From: the human T2T-CHM13v2.0 reference genome, Homo sapiens | Assembly: GCF_009914755.1 (NCBI RefSeq) | Contig: NC_060942.1 | Strand: one strand, 5' to 3' | DNA: 64,000 bases | Part shown: positions 27,657 to 42,366 of the stretch, in pieces | Position numbering within the stretch: the first letter of the stretch is position 1 | Layout of the letters: each line of letters begins with the position of its first letter | Notes under the pieces: generated by a model | Seen by the model: the letters and a program-made list of their open reading frames with translations, nothing else | The model's database searches: none | Told to the model about the DNA's origin: nothing | Translations under genes and position numbers: made by a program

Positions 27657-28099
27657 GAGGGCAGGGTTTTTAATCTGTTTTGTTCACCGATGTACTCCTG
27701 CCTGACGCGGTTTCTGGGGCATAAAAACTGTTCAATAAGTATTTGTAGAATAAGTTTTATTTCAAAATAATAAAAAGCTTTGATGCATGATGAAGATGGA
27801 ATTTGTGTTGGAGAACATGCTTATAGCTGGGTCTCTTTCACACCCTAATTTATAGTCTGTTTCTTTTGGAATTTCTGCAAGTAGAGAGTCCAAAGCTATC
27901 TGAGGTAGCTGAAATGGGACCCGGAAGATTTGCCTCATTGGTTTGGGAGGAGTATTTTGCCTATTTGCATATTTCATGCTCAGATTTATTTATTATTAGG
28001 AAAAGAGTAAGGGTCATTACATAATTCTGTCGTTCTAGATCATTCCTTTTGGTCACATGTGGATTTATTTTATTTACTCATCATTGGATATGGATAACT

Positions 28100-28418
<319 letters not shown>

Positions 28419-28973
28419 TAATGATCATTTTAAACTCCCAAAACAAAAAGCACTTTTGTAACTATGGAAACAAGTGCTATTTTCATTTTTTACTTAGTGT
28501 AGAGTTTGTCATTGCTGACGTTCTTGGTAGAATGTCAACAGCAAGGACAAAAATTACAAGTTTTCTTTGAGTAATGCTATTCCAAATTCTTGTTCATCTC
28601 TTGACTTCAAGAAATCACATGTCTAAAAATCATTCTTGTTCTATGGAAACGTTTCCAAACTTGTTCAGTTTTGACTCATAGAGACACATTTGGCAAAGCA
28701 ATGTCTTCTGCTGACTGAGGCGCTTACTGGAGAAAGGCAGTTGCAAAAGCAGATACCAAAACTAAGTATTTTAAAATAATTTTTGGAGATAAACTAAAGC
28801 TCTGAAACACAAAACAGCTTGCTATTTATATTTTAAATGTTAGATTATTTGCTTTTTTTCCTATACAAACTTTGCTGAAGCCTGTAGCTTGCCACAGTAT
28901 TAGCTGTTTACAAGGGCAGTTCCTTCTTCATTGCCATAACTGAGCTGTGTGCCTCGCAGGTACTACTGACTGA

Positions 28974-29284
<311 letters not shown>

Positions 29285-32199
29285 TATTACCTTAGTATTA
29301 AGGAGCATGTCTTAATCATCTCAAGGGAAACCTCCTGCCACTCTCTCATCCTACCCGGGGCAAATTATTATGGTGTCCAGTTCCAGTCATGGGGACCACT
29401 AATTATAATATTTGCCTTTGGTGTTTTTGGTTATTAATGAAGACCCCAGGAAAAAGAAATGGAACATGAAGACATAATTTTAAAAGTAATTTTAATAAAA
29501 ATATTTAGGTAATGGTAAACTTGAGGTAACATAGCATGTAAGATTCTATTATCTAGGTGGGCTCTTCCTGTCAGAGGAAGAAAGGCAGGACAGCCTTCTG
29601 GTGTAAATTTTATTATTGTGGGAAATGATTGCATTGTAGCCTTGAAATAAAAATGGCCCAGATACAAAAAGTCAACCTCATGAAACGTTCCCATTTCAGT
29701 GTGCCCAAATTACGAGGTTCTTACCTTTCACTTGCGGGCGAATGACGCGAGCATCTCTCAGTTGCTTTGTAGCTCTCTAATGATAAAATTAACCTACTTA
29801 AATGGTCACATCCACTGTTTATTTTAAAATCCACCCACCACTGTCGGCCTGGCTCACAGTGAATTAACCGTTCAACAGTTAAGGAGAGACTGCCCGACAG
29901 AGCCCACCTGGGGCTGCTTCTGGGCCTCTGCACTGGGCTCCTCCGGGGAGGGTGAGGTCAGGATCTAAATGCCTCTGCAGCAACCACACCAAAACTGAGA
30001 CCCAGTGCAGAACTGGGGCTGAAGGACCCGATTTTCACTGAACTCTTATCACTAAGAAGAGTTGAGGGTTCTTCCACATGTGGAAGGAGAGCTTAGGAAT
30101 AATAATTAGTAACACCTTTCCTGATACATCAAATTTAACACCTTCCAGGGAGAAGAAGAAAGGGCGGAATGAATATGGAAAGCAGTGGTGTGACAGTGAC
30201 GGGGTTCAGTTTGATGCGTGAAGACCAGGGGTAGGAGCGTGAGTGGGGGTGCACTTTGCTAAACCTGCATGTAACAGTGGGCTTAATTTTCCCTTTTTTT
30301 AACACCTTGTTTCTTCAAATTACACAATGTTGATGCTAAAATGTTCTTTGTAGAAGCGAGGCCCAGCTCCTGAAGGATTCATCTGAGAAACCCAGGGACA
30401 TGCCCTTCTCTCATTGGAACAAGTGGGAAAAAAGGCATCTTAAAAAAAGGTTATGGTGAAGCCGTGCGGCAGCACTGGAAGAGGATGAGGAGGCTGGAGA
30501 AGGCGTGTGAGTGCAAGCTGCCCTCCCGAGACTGTGCCCTCTGAGCCAGAGTCTTCCTCCGATGTGCCCAAGTCCACCCGACCAGGAACGGGGGAAGGAG
30601 CGGGGCGATCCAGCAGCCACCCAACAGAGTCCCAAGTTCCAATCACAAATTCAGGCTGTGAGGTGAAATCACAAATGTGAACTTTACTTATGGAAACCAA
30701 ATAGAAGTGCTTTCAAATTGGGGATCCAAGACCCAACAGACATAAGTGATCAGCAGCATCCCGATCGGGGGGGTAAGACAAAGGGGTCCTTGGATGGGGG
30801 CACCTGTGAGCAGGGACCCCTTTGTCTGAGCTCCCCGGGTCCCGAGCTGGACGCACGGCTGCCCCACTGGCCAGAGCCCATCCCAGCTGCTATTTGTGCC
30901 ATTGTAAGGTTTGTATTCCCTCTTTGTTCTGGGAAGCTTTCAGTTGTCCCATTGTGGCTGTGATGACCCTAAGTGACTCTTAGCAGTGCATTTTTATATT
31001 TGAAGGCCAGGATCGCTTAGGGGTAAGTGCACAGGAAACAAACTTGAAGCGAATGCAGCTATGATTTATGAGTGTTTGTGCTCACTGTATATCCCGGCAA
31101 GCTCAGAGGACCTACTCAGCAGTGTCCCCCACCCATCCACACGCTCACCTGGAATAATCCCCCACGGGAACACAGCCACTATCCTCGCCTTGGGATTTGT
31201 GACTCCTGATGGGAAGTACCCTGCCAGCCCAGCAACACCGGGCCTGAGTCCCCGAGCCCCCACTCCTCTCCACTCAGCAGGGGCCCCCTCACGCCATGTA
31301 TACCCCCCGGGTGGACTTCAGGGGCGCTGTCCCTGTGGGCGCTGTGCCCTTGCCGTCCTAACCTACTCCCTCCTGTGGAGCCACTGGCAAGGTTTTGGGG
31401 AACATGGGTGTGAGTCCACGCTAGACCTCAGCTGCCTGCCCTGGATCATTTGAAAAAGGGGAACTTTTAGTTTCCTGCTAAATAGAAGGCCCCAAAAGAA
31501 GCCAACCAATGCCGTGTCCCCGTGATAGGCCAGCGTGGCTGTCCCAGAAGCAGAGAGGGGAACAGCACAGGCTCGCATGTCTCCAGGGAGCTCAACACCA
31601 GATGGCTTACTGATAGAAGCCCTGGCTGAGGGTGGCCGCATCTGCAGTGACATGGCTGCTTCCCACTTCCCTGCACCTGTCCTCATGGTGGCTGCTTCAG
31701 GGGAGGGGTGGGCAGGGGCCCCACTGCAGGTCCAGCCAAGGGGCACACAGAAGCTGGACATTTGCACACTCAGCTGGGTCGGGACTGAGCTCCGTCCTCA
31801 GCCCCTGCAGCCAAGATGCCAGTGTCAGCCGGTATGCTCCGCTACGGGGGCTGGCTGTGGTTTCAGAGTCTCACCCTAATTTCAAAGAACAAAAGCATCT
31901 CTCGAGTTCCAGGGACATTTTGTCAGTTGGAACAGCATTTCTATAGTGTGCACCCCACATGCTATGTGCACACATCACAAAGCACACAGGGGTACTCTTA
32001 CACACACACTGATGCACGAGCTGCGGGCACTTCTGTGCATCACTTGCTGAGCTGTAGCATAGAGGCAGAATTCCTTACAGGGAAGAGTTCAGGCCTCAGG
32101 CACACTGTCTGCTGGCATTTTATGTGGAACACTGCCATGTGCAAATGAAGTCTTTGAGACAGGAGAGGAGACAGCAGCAGGGACGAGGGGTGTCCCACC

Positions 32200-32350
32200 T
32201 GTCACTCAGTCATCCAGCAAATATTGATGAAGCTCGTCCCATGAGCCGGGCCTGCGTCTAGGTGCTGGGATATCTCAGCGAACAAAACAGACAGATGTCC
32301 CTGCCTTCATGGGGCTCACTTTCCATCCGGAGTCGGGGCTTGGACAATAA
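32200..32350 (-). mobile_element. L2 3'-end fragment
   Basis: catccagcaaatattgatg...ctaggtgctgggata...aacaaaacagac...tccctgccttcatggggctcac. Confidence 0.65.
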
Positions 32351-33146
32351 ACAACATAATCAGGGACTGTGACAGAGGTGACTGTACTGCCCCACTCTGC
32401 ATCCTTCTTCCTCTTGGCCCCCTCCTCGAGGTGGGGCCACATGATGCTTCTGGCCATCAGAACTTGAGTGGACGCGAAGACTGCCCCTCGGCCTGGTCTG
32501 CAGGGTGCTTGGCCCTTGGGCTGTCCTCCCGGTCCCTCCCCGCCCTGCCCTCCGATGGCAGAGACTCTATGTGGAAGCCACAGGACTCTCCCAGGCACAC
32601 TGGATGGAGAGCCGCCTGGCCCTCGCTGAGCTGTGATGTGAGTGGACATCACCTTGAGCCTCAGAGATTTAGGAGTTCCTCTGGCAGGCCTGCAGAGCCC
32701 ACCTGCGCTGACACAGCTGCACTTCTAAGTGGGAGATGTCAACGAGAAGGGACATGGAGCGAAGAGCTCACCCCCGGATATCTGGGCAAGAGACTTAAGG
32801 AGGAGGGCAGAGCCTGTGCTTCAGCCACACCCAGGAGGCTGCGGGAGGGAGGGGCCGCAGGAGATGTGGTTGGAGAGGCCCCTGGGGAACAGGTGGAGGG
32901 GATTTGAGCAGGGAGCGAGGTGCTCAGCAGCTAGCTGGCAGGGAGAACCAACAGGGATGGATCAGGATGGAGGCTGGGACCCACTTAATCACCCAGGTGG
33001 GCAGAGGAGGGCTTGGGCCTTGGTGATGGGAGAGGTGCTTGCTAAGTATCAGAGCTTCCCTGGGTCCTTGGCACAATCAGCCATCAGTGCTCTCAGCAAA
33101 GACATAGAAATAGTGCTCCTCATTTTGTACCTGGATAAGGGGAGAG

Positions 33147-33293
33147 CTCAAGTTCCAATCCCTGTTAGCGGCGGGTGACACAACCATGCACACATCTCAA
33201 ATTCCAATTCCTGTTAGCGGCGGGTGACGTCACCATGCACACATCTCAAGTTCCAGTTCCTGTTAGCGGTGGGTAATGTCAGCATGCACACAT
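33147..33293. repeat. 49-bp tandem repeat x3
   Basis: ctcaa(g/a)ttcca..cctgttagcgg(c/t)gggt...catgcacacat starting at 33147, 33196 and 33245. Confidence 0.92.
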
Positions 33294-33927
33294 CCTGTTT
33301 TCTCCTGCTCTGCCACTGTGATCTCCAGATGATCAATTTCATATTATCAGGAAAATGACCTTTGGCACAGAAAGCCCAGAGGAGAAGGTGAGGGACTTGC
33401 ATGCACGCACACATTTAAATGTCAACATTCTATGGAATTCAGTATCATAAAGGTATGCAAACCATGGGAAGTAATCATGAGTTTGCTCTGGGAGGCCCCG
33501 GAGTTAGAAGGGAACCTTCTGGGCACGCGCATCGTGGATGGAGACAGAGGAACGGCAGCGCCGCCTGCTGCTGCTGGGCCCTGCGTGTCTGCACCACCTT
33601 CTGTGGTAGAGAAAACAGCAGGCGGCTTTGCTGCAAACTCCAGCACAGCCTCTGTGTGGGAGGAGCAGGGTCAGCAGAAACCCAGAGGCAGGAAGGAGCT
33701 GAGCTGAGCTGGTGCAAGAGTGTCCTGCCCTGGGAGGAAGTGGCTTTGTACCAACTGATAAAATGCCCAGAGTAGGGGGCACATAACTGTAAACTTCTAG
33801 AACCCACATCCTCAAAGCCCAACCCCTGACCCAGGAGGTGCATGGGTGGCTGTTCCCTCCCAGCCCAGTGCCACCTCTGCCATCCTCCCTGGCTGGGAAA
33901 GATGAACTGCGCTTAAAATGGGCTCAG

Positions 33928-34052
33928 TTTTCTTTTTCCTTTCTTTCCTTCCTTTCCTTCCATTCCTTCCCTTTCTTTCCCTTTCTTTTCATCCTTCCTT
34001 CCTTTTCTTTCTCTTTCTTTCTCTCTCTCTCTCTCTTTCTTTCTCTTTTTTT
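33928..34052. repeat. (TTTC/TTCC/TC)n polypyrimidine tract
   Basis: Direct reading. Confidence 0.92.
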
Positions 34053-34679
34053 AACCTAGTAATTGCTTTTCACATCTGCTGGTGGGCTGCTATCTTTCAT
34101 AGGATAACTTCCATTATTGCTTTAAATAAGGTGGTGTTTGGCCTCTGTTTTGTTTTCAGGTAAAGCAAACTGCAATCAGGAAGCCCTCATTACAGACAGT
34201 GAGGTCATGACAAGAAAAGTTCATTCACACTGGAGAGTTCAACCCCATTGGAAATGTCTTTCCAAACACAGCTGGTGACTTTGCAAACCCAGACATTCCC
34301 AGAAACTCAGTGGTTCCAGAAACTTGCTTGGAATAATTAAGGTTTTAGAGCAGCTGTTGGAATTTTTAGAAAGGAAAAAAAGAAAAAACGAAGTGAGGCT
34401 CCCCCTCCCCGACTCCTCTTACACATCCCTGTGGCTCTGTGGTGTCACGGCTGAGCGTGCTGCGCTCCACTGACCGTGTGGATGAAGGGCAGGCAGCACC
34501 TGGGTGCATTTGTGCCAGCGCATGGCAGTGAGGCCGCTGGCAGTGCATTTCCTGTTATCCGTGACCCCGTGCGCCCGGGGCTGGGTCTGCAGAGGCTTTG
34601 GGGAACACACTGTTGCTGTCTCCTGTGCCTGGCCCGGTGTCCATGTGGCTCACAGGACCCATAGGGACCAGGTGCTGCT

Positions 34680-35192
34680 CTAAACTGGAGGCATGAACTG
34701 ACCATTGGCCCAGACAGCCTTGCCATTCCCGTCCGGGGGATTAAACCTTGAACAGGTTTTGTAGGACTCTCAGCCCCAACTTCCTTGTCTCTAGAAAACT
34801 TGCCACTATGAATTATTTCTCCGTCCCTTTGAGACATCGGCCCTTTCCTGGCCTCTTGCTCAGTTCACTGCCCAGCTTTGTCTTCTCGAAGGACCCAGGA
34901 GCCTTTGAAATGTAACCAACAAGGAAGATAACACCCTCAGCTCCCAGTCCCTGCGGGAGGCAGGGGCCTAACTGTGGTAAGCGCTAATCTGCAAACATTG
35001 CTGGCCTGACTGCACCAACCGGCCTCCATCCGATGTCCTCCAGGACTCTCCCACCAGCTCACCCCAGTGCTTAAAAACCCTCCCGCCTTTCGTTTCAGCA
35101 GGGTGGAGTTCAGCTCGCTCTCTCCTACTGCAATAGTCTGGGATACGTCTTCCCTGCCTGTCTCACTCTCCCTGGGGTAACTTTTCTTTGAC
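34680..35192 (+). mobile_element. ERV1-class solo LTR (MER31/MER67-like)
   Basis: tgaaatgtaa...cctaact...cttaaaaacc...gagttcag...ctactgcaatagtc...ttttctttgaca end. Left boundary uncertain. Confidence 0.6.
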
Positions 35193-36229
35193 ACCACTGA
35201 GTCCTCCCAGCAACCTGCAGCTGAGCACACAACCCCCCTCTGCACAGGGGAACCGAGTCCACAGTCCTAACTACCAAATGACATGGCCTCACTAAAGTAA
35301 CTCCTAGAAGCCGAGACCTTTGTCCGACAGCTCTCAGGAGAGGCTGCCGAGGAGAACCGGCTTCCCACGTGCCCTGACCACGCCCACACCCACGGCGTGA
35401 GATTTCACCACTCAGCCGCTGAGAAGCAGGGGGTCTTTGGCCCAAAACAAACATCCTCTGAGACGGGAAGGAGGCATGTCCCCCAAGAACTGCCTGGGTA
35501 CTACAATGAAGCAGGGTAAATATTCAGAAGTGTGTTTGGGTTTTTAATGATATAAAGTATCATTAACATTCACTTCAACGCACAGAGGAGAAGTAACTGT
35601 TACAGTGTTTGTTTTCACATCTGTCAGACAGACATGAGAACTGCCCTGCCCCTCAAGGAACCAGCTGCGGTCTCCCTGGCTGGCTGGGAGCACTGGGCTC
35701 CGATCCTGCTCCTGAGTGTCTGCCTGGCAGCTGCACCCTCATCTGACATGCAAGGCGGGGTCAGACAAGATAATCTGAATATTCCTTCATCCCCCAACTT
35801 GTGATTTTGTTTCTATGATTTATACCCAGCCCAAAGATGCTATTTCACAAAATGGGTTTTGTGGCTTGTCTAGACAGGAATACAAGGCCTCAGGCAGCCA
35901 CGGAATCACAATTAGCGATCCATTCACACTAGCACCGAATATTCCCACGGAAAGGCCGTGCAGTGATTATCTCTAAGGACAAGGACTGTGTGTGAAGAAG
36001 GACAAGGAGAGAGGAGCTCCCGCGACTGCCAGGTCCAAATGGAATTTTACATCGGAAATGACAGCTACTTACTAAAGTCTTGTAGCTTAGTTTACTAACC
36101 TGGATGCATTAAATACACACATCATTTGAAAAATAGCATCTCAAAAAATGATTTTCTCATAGCCGTTTCTTGGAAACAAATTTAAACAAAGATGCAATGA
36201 TTTAAAAAACCGCTACACGAAAATTCTGA

Positions 36230-36561
<332 letters not shown>

Positions 36562-36579
36562 GGGGAGTGTTTTTTAAGT

Positions 36580-37260
36580 TCGGCAGAGGACACCCAGGGC
36601 TGCACCGGCTCTTCAGGGACCCTCCGGGGAGAAGAGGCATCCCCTCCCCAGCCCTGGACGTCCACCTCAGGGGCGGTGGGGATGCGGGGATGCGGGGATG
36701 CCGAGCGCTCCCAGGCTGGGTCACAGCAGGCAGTGGCTCCGCTCTGGCTTCGACTCTCAGGACCCACCTGGGACCCCTGCTCCACGCTGCGGGGAGGCCA
36801 AACCTGGAGAACCCAGGGCACCAGTTCAGGCTGACAGCCCGGCCGGACCCAGCCAACGCCCCGCACAGCTCGCCAGCCACGGGAGGGAGCGGCCTCCGGC
36901 AGACCCCAGCCCCAGGCACGACCCCAGGCCCGGGCACGACCCCAGCCCCCACCGGCTGATGCGACGCCCACAGGGGACGAGCTGTTCCAGCACCACCCCC
37001 GCCCCCGCGTGCAGAATCCTGAGCAACAGAAACAGCACTTTAAGAAACGAAATCGTGGACGCACTTGGAACACGGCCGCAGTGACTGGAATGGTGCCCAG
37101 AGCCATTTTAATCTGGAACAGACTGGGGACCAAGTCTCAAGCTCCAGGCCTGTGGGGTCATGCAGCTTATTCCGTGGAGGGAGGAAAGTCGCAGGGGACC
37201 TGGAGGCCCTGGAGATGGGGGCTCCTCGGCCGGCCGACTGCAGCCTGGAGAAGGCCACTG
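36580..37260. promoter_or_regulatory. Intronic GC/CpG-rich island-like segment
   Basis: Dense CpG and GC boxes (ggggcgg, cccccgccccc), (ggggatgc)x3 and an 18-bp gaccccag..cc.ggcac repeat. Confidence 0.6.
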
Positions 37261-37804
37261 CCAGGCCTTTAGTTTCCAGAGACGCTGCAGTTCAACATTT
37301 TCCGGGGAAAGTTTACCGTTTCCAAATGTCATCAAAATTAAAAGAAAACACCTCCACCATATGGACATAACGAGACCTGCCTGAGGGCCACCACATCCAG
37401 CCCTAGCCCACCAACTTACAACCCCCTGAGGCTGCCCCAAGATGGAAGCCTGCTGGGGAAAATACGAATATTCAGCCACGGGAAGGGCAGTTCGCCAGCA
37501 CGAGTTCGGGGAAAATAATTTAGCCGTTTCACTTACTTTGACTGAAGCCTATTAAAACAATTAAAAGAAAGAAAAAACCCTACTGAAATCAAAGTGCCAA
37601 CTGTAGCATGGTTTCTAGTAGCAAACTTGAGACAACCAAAATGAAAAGCAATAGAGGAATGATATTACTGTTCAATCATATGGAATATTAAGGAGCTATT
37701 TTAAAAGGATAATACAGGATCGCTAAACAGCCTAGAAAAATGTTGTTGGTTGAAAGATCAGAATTCAAAATGGAAAATGGGACAGTTATGTCAGGTAGTT
37801 GAAT

Positions 37805-38050
37805 TATTTTTTAGTTCATCAATTAATCCCATTAATTAATTTTAATTATTAATTCAATTTGCTGCTTTATTAATTATAATGAATTTAAATTATAATAATT
37901 TAATTTTATAAAGTAGTCACTATTTATAATTAATTTAATTCTAATGATAATTTAACCTTAATTACATTATTAAAATTAAAATTAATTAATTTTTATCTAA
38001 TTAATCAAATTTAACATATGTGTAACACTATAAATAAATATATTTTTGCT
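37805..38050. repeat. AT-rich low-complexity tract
   Basis: Almost exclusively A/T (ttaattaat variants). Confidence 0.9.
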
Positions 38051-38463
38051 TAAAAAATCAGGGGAATATTATTACAAGTAAAAATACACCAAGATGCAAA
38101 AGCAGACATGGATCTTGAGAAGCCATTTGGTATGTCCACTTCAGTGCTAAGTGCTTCCACCTGGTGGCCAATTCAAATAAAAATAGGGGCCAGCACAGAT
38201 AAGAGATGCCCCGCCTTCAAGAGGCTTGCATTTGTGGAAGAAAAAACACACCAAGTATGCAAATGCAATAACCAAAAGGCCAATGTGAAGGACATGAAAT
38301 AAGGCAGTGGGATAAAGAAGTGTGGCATGGGAGACAGGCGGGCTTCTTGGTTAGATATGACAGGAACAGCCTCTTAGAAAAGTGATGTAAAGTAAAAATA
38401 AAGGCCCTAGACCTCCAGGCAAGACGGAATAGACTCTTTGTGGCAATAAGATAGCAAATTATG

Positions 38464-38514
38464 GGCTGGGCGTGGTGGCTCATGCCTGTAATCCAGCACT
38501 TTGGGAGGCTGAGG
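38464..38514 (+). mobile_element. Alu 5' fragment
   Basis: ggctgggcgtggtggctcatgcctgtaatccagcactttgggaggctgagg, then an abrupt end. Confidence 0.85.
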
Positions 38515-38886
38515 CCCTCGTTCCATGTCCTTCTATGTTAAACCATCCCCCAAATGGTGTGAAGTCCCCAGAATGGCTGGCCCCGCCATTTCTCTATTTT
38601 GTTTTCTCTAACCTCCTGCCCTCTCTCTTCCACCTCCAGTATATGGCACGGCACATTGGAGGTGCTCAAAAATGATTTAATAAATGAATGGAGAAAGCAC
38701 ATAGGCAGGACATCCTAGTACCAATGATGAATGAGTGTTTATGGCAGATGTGACCCAGGTCCTCAGAGGCACATGAAAAATACTAATGAACGGCAGCACT
38801 CATTATTCACTGTATGAACGTGGCTTCAAGCAGTAGAGATGTTAAAGCATCCTGTAATGGAGTATAACTGTTCTCTCTCTCTCTCC

Positions 38887-39278
<392 letters not shown>

Positions 39279-40584
39279 TGAAGTCGCACCCCCAGTTGCA
39301 TTGAGAGTTGATGGCAGAGCCAATGGTCACACCTGCCTGTTTCCCAGGTGGAGTCTGTCTTCTCTTGAGGCTGCTGCTGACCCTCAATGGAACACAGGCA
39401 CGCAGTGCCTCAGCAACCAGCCGCTCAGAACTCCTCCTGGGCCTTTCTCAGAGCCTGGGACCTGGAACTTTGTGCTATGAAATGCCTATCAAAGTCCTGG
39501 CTCTGGGAAGGGACCCCAAGTTCTTGTAATTCTGTCTGTGGATCATAGCAGGTCCTCTGATGGCTAGACACAGGGATCATAGGCTCTTGGCTTGCAATGC
39601 GGAAGATTCATGTTGCACCACTGGCTCTTACTGAATTCTATTACAATAAATAACTATACAAAACTAATCTCCACATGTGCTATAAAAATACCTTGAGGTC
39701 ATTGACTACCATGTGACTCTTTGTCTGTGATAAAAATTTAAGCAGGAAAAGTTCTTAGTATTTGTTAAACAAAGCTCTGTATCCTTCAAAAAATGTCTGC
39801 AGTCTTCTCTCTGAAAATACTAGCCAATGTTTACTGAGTACTGCGAGGAGATGGCAGAGTCCCACACGTGCACATGTGTTGTTTCTTACTCACAGGTCAT
39901 TTTATGATTACCCCTACTTACGTATGGGGAAACCAAGACACAAACAGAGGAGTTCATTGCTAAAAGCACACAGCTAAAAGGTGGTAGGGCTCTACCACCT
40001 GCTGTGTAAAATGAGAGACTTCAGGCTGGCTGGGGTCCCCTTCCACTTGGGCAGCTGGGCAGCTCAGAGTGAAACGGGCGGCTCCCTGCAGCCATTGTCA
40101 CATGGTTGATGTGTTTGTGGTCTTCCTTCACTTCATCTAGACTTCTCAATTTTATTTACATTTTACTGTTTCCTGGTGTTTTTTCCTACTGTCAGCTAAC
40201 TCAAGCTTTATAAAATAAAGAAGAGTGAAAACACGCACACACCAATATATGTACTTAAATGTTTCTGGGATGAATACTTTTTAAATAAACATTAAACACA
40301 GATATTTCTATCTCCATTGTCTGAGCAATGAAGTTGTGAATGTTTTCCTCATGACTCTTCATGGGGGTTTGCCCTTACATGCTGTGCACACAGGACTTGG
40401 CCCTGTGAAGTGGACGCAGCGAACACAGACGCGGGCTGGTGACGTTTTCACGGTAGGACATCCATCCTCTGTGGCACATGTGGAGTGAACTAGCTTACAC
40501 ATGACACGGAGTCCACATCCCTCCAGCCCTGTCTTTGAGATGCCTGTCCTGGCTGAGAGGAACCACAGTCAGTCACCGGGGCAG

Positions 40585-40603
40585 TAGTGCCCTCTTTTGG
40601 CCA
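40585..40603 (-). promoter_or_regulatory. Candidate CTCF binding site
   Basis: Minus strand TGGCCAAAAGAGGGCACTA versus consensus TGGCCACCAGGGGGCGCTA. Motif match only. Confidence 0.45.
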
Positions 40604-42335
40604 CTCCTCTCCTCCCTTAGTATGATTTAGGGAGACCTAAGACTTCGCTCACCTCAACTGAATTGCCTGCCTTTAGTTTAGCCCCACGATTAGTCAACTC
40701 TGGCGGGAGAAGAGGTGGAGACTGACTCCTGCCTTCCTTCCCGCCTGGTTTCTAAGGAGGAGGACAGTGTGTGCACTACCTGTGGGTGTGTGGGTCAGAA
40801 AACGCTTAGCAGCAACTGGTCTACTGAAAAATGGCCTGCTTCCCCAAAGCTTGGACAACGCCCAGTTCTCTAGGTTGTCGTGCCTTAGAGTGTTTTCTTC
40901 CTCCTTTTGTAACTAGGCAAAACAGTCTTAAGCATAACCAGAAAGCTGTCGAAAAAAAAAAACAAATCACAGAAGATATTTGAAAGTGTGCTCTAACGAG
41001 TTATTTACTTAGATTGAAAACAATCCTCTGGTGAGATTTTTACCAGAACATGAAGGGCAAATAAAACTTCAAAGTGGATTGCTAAGAGAATGACTGGCTT
41101 TGGCCTTCACAGAGACGAGGAGGAAGGCTGCGTGGTTTTAGTTGTCTGTTTGTGGTTTTGAGCACTCAATGTGTGAACCATAGCAATAGCACCTGTGCCA
41201 GAGTCAGCACCTGGCACAAACTTCTCAATGCGCCAATCAGTCTTAACTCGGGGACTCTCTTATCAGCTGAAATACAACACTATTGCCTTTCGACGTTCAC
41301 AGAGATCTTAGGTATGCGTGTCCTGCAGAGTGGTTAGCTAAGGATGATGGCTTTCTGCCCATTTCTCACATTCCTCGCTCATTCTTCTGATGCGTGGATG
41401 AAACGGCTGCCAAGAACCTAGAGATGACCATCACACGATCACGGTGACTTGTGCTCACGGGACATCAGGAATGGTTTCCCAACGTACTGATGGGATTTAC
41501 TATCATGTCAAGGAAAGACCTTTTCCTAAAGTAGGTGGGAGCTGCTGCTCTCATTTAGAGTCACTTTATACATTACAATTTTAAAAGAAATTGCATATAT
41601 GCCTCCAAGGTTATACAGCCAAGACTAATAGCCAAGATTATTTTAGTTTCTTTTCCTTCAGCACTCTGCGCCTTTAGAGTAGAGTTCTGTGTGCCCCAGG
41701 AAAGGGTCAGGCATGGGAAATTATTAAGGTCAATAGCAAAAGCCCCACAGTTCAACAGGCCCTTCCAGGTCGGCATCACTTGGGATTGTTGCTGCTAAAT
41801 AATGCGTGCAGAGGCCTCCTGGGCCAGCCTCCCCTAGGGTGGATGAAATGAGGATGCCTGGACCACAAGCTCCTCCCACTTCCCCCTTGGTTTTGACTCA
41901 ACCTGAATCAGGCATCAGCTGCAAAGGCCTGAAGGTGACTCTTGAGAACTGCTTCCTCGGCACACTCACGGGCAGAAAGGCTTGGAATGTGGGAGCTAAG
42001 TTCATTCGGCAGATATGCGAGCCTTGCTCCGGTGTCCAAGGACCTGGGAACACCTCAGTAAACACAACAGGCAGAAGTATTGCTCTTCCTATCAAAACAC
42101 AACCCACGTTTGTGAAATGATGGAAATATTCTGCATTTCCATCATTTCCAGTAGTTTTCACATTCAATCCTAGGTAATAACTCTCTAAACTCAGTATCTC
42201 TTGGAAAAGATTAAGGAGGGCTGCGTTTGGAAGGGCTTCAGGAATGATATCATCTTGATAGCGTAAGGAAAGGGCTAAGTATAGAAGACCTTTTTATGTT
42301 ATATTGTATCCATGCTGTATATATACCTATACATA

Positions 42336-42366
42336 TGTGTGTGTGTGTGTGTGTGTGTATGTGTGT
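42336..42366. repeat. (TG)n microsatellite
   Basis: Direct reading. Confidence 0.93.

Noticed and set aside
30354-31028. Large plus-strand exon (tttgtag acceptor to gtaagt donor)
   Set aside because: About 670 nt with no ORF or other support; the splice-like motifs are likely coincidental.
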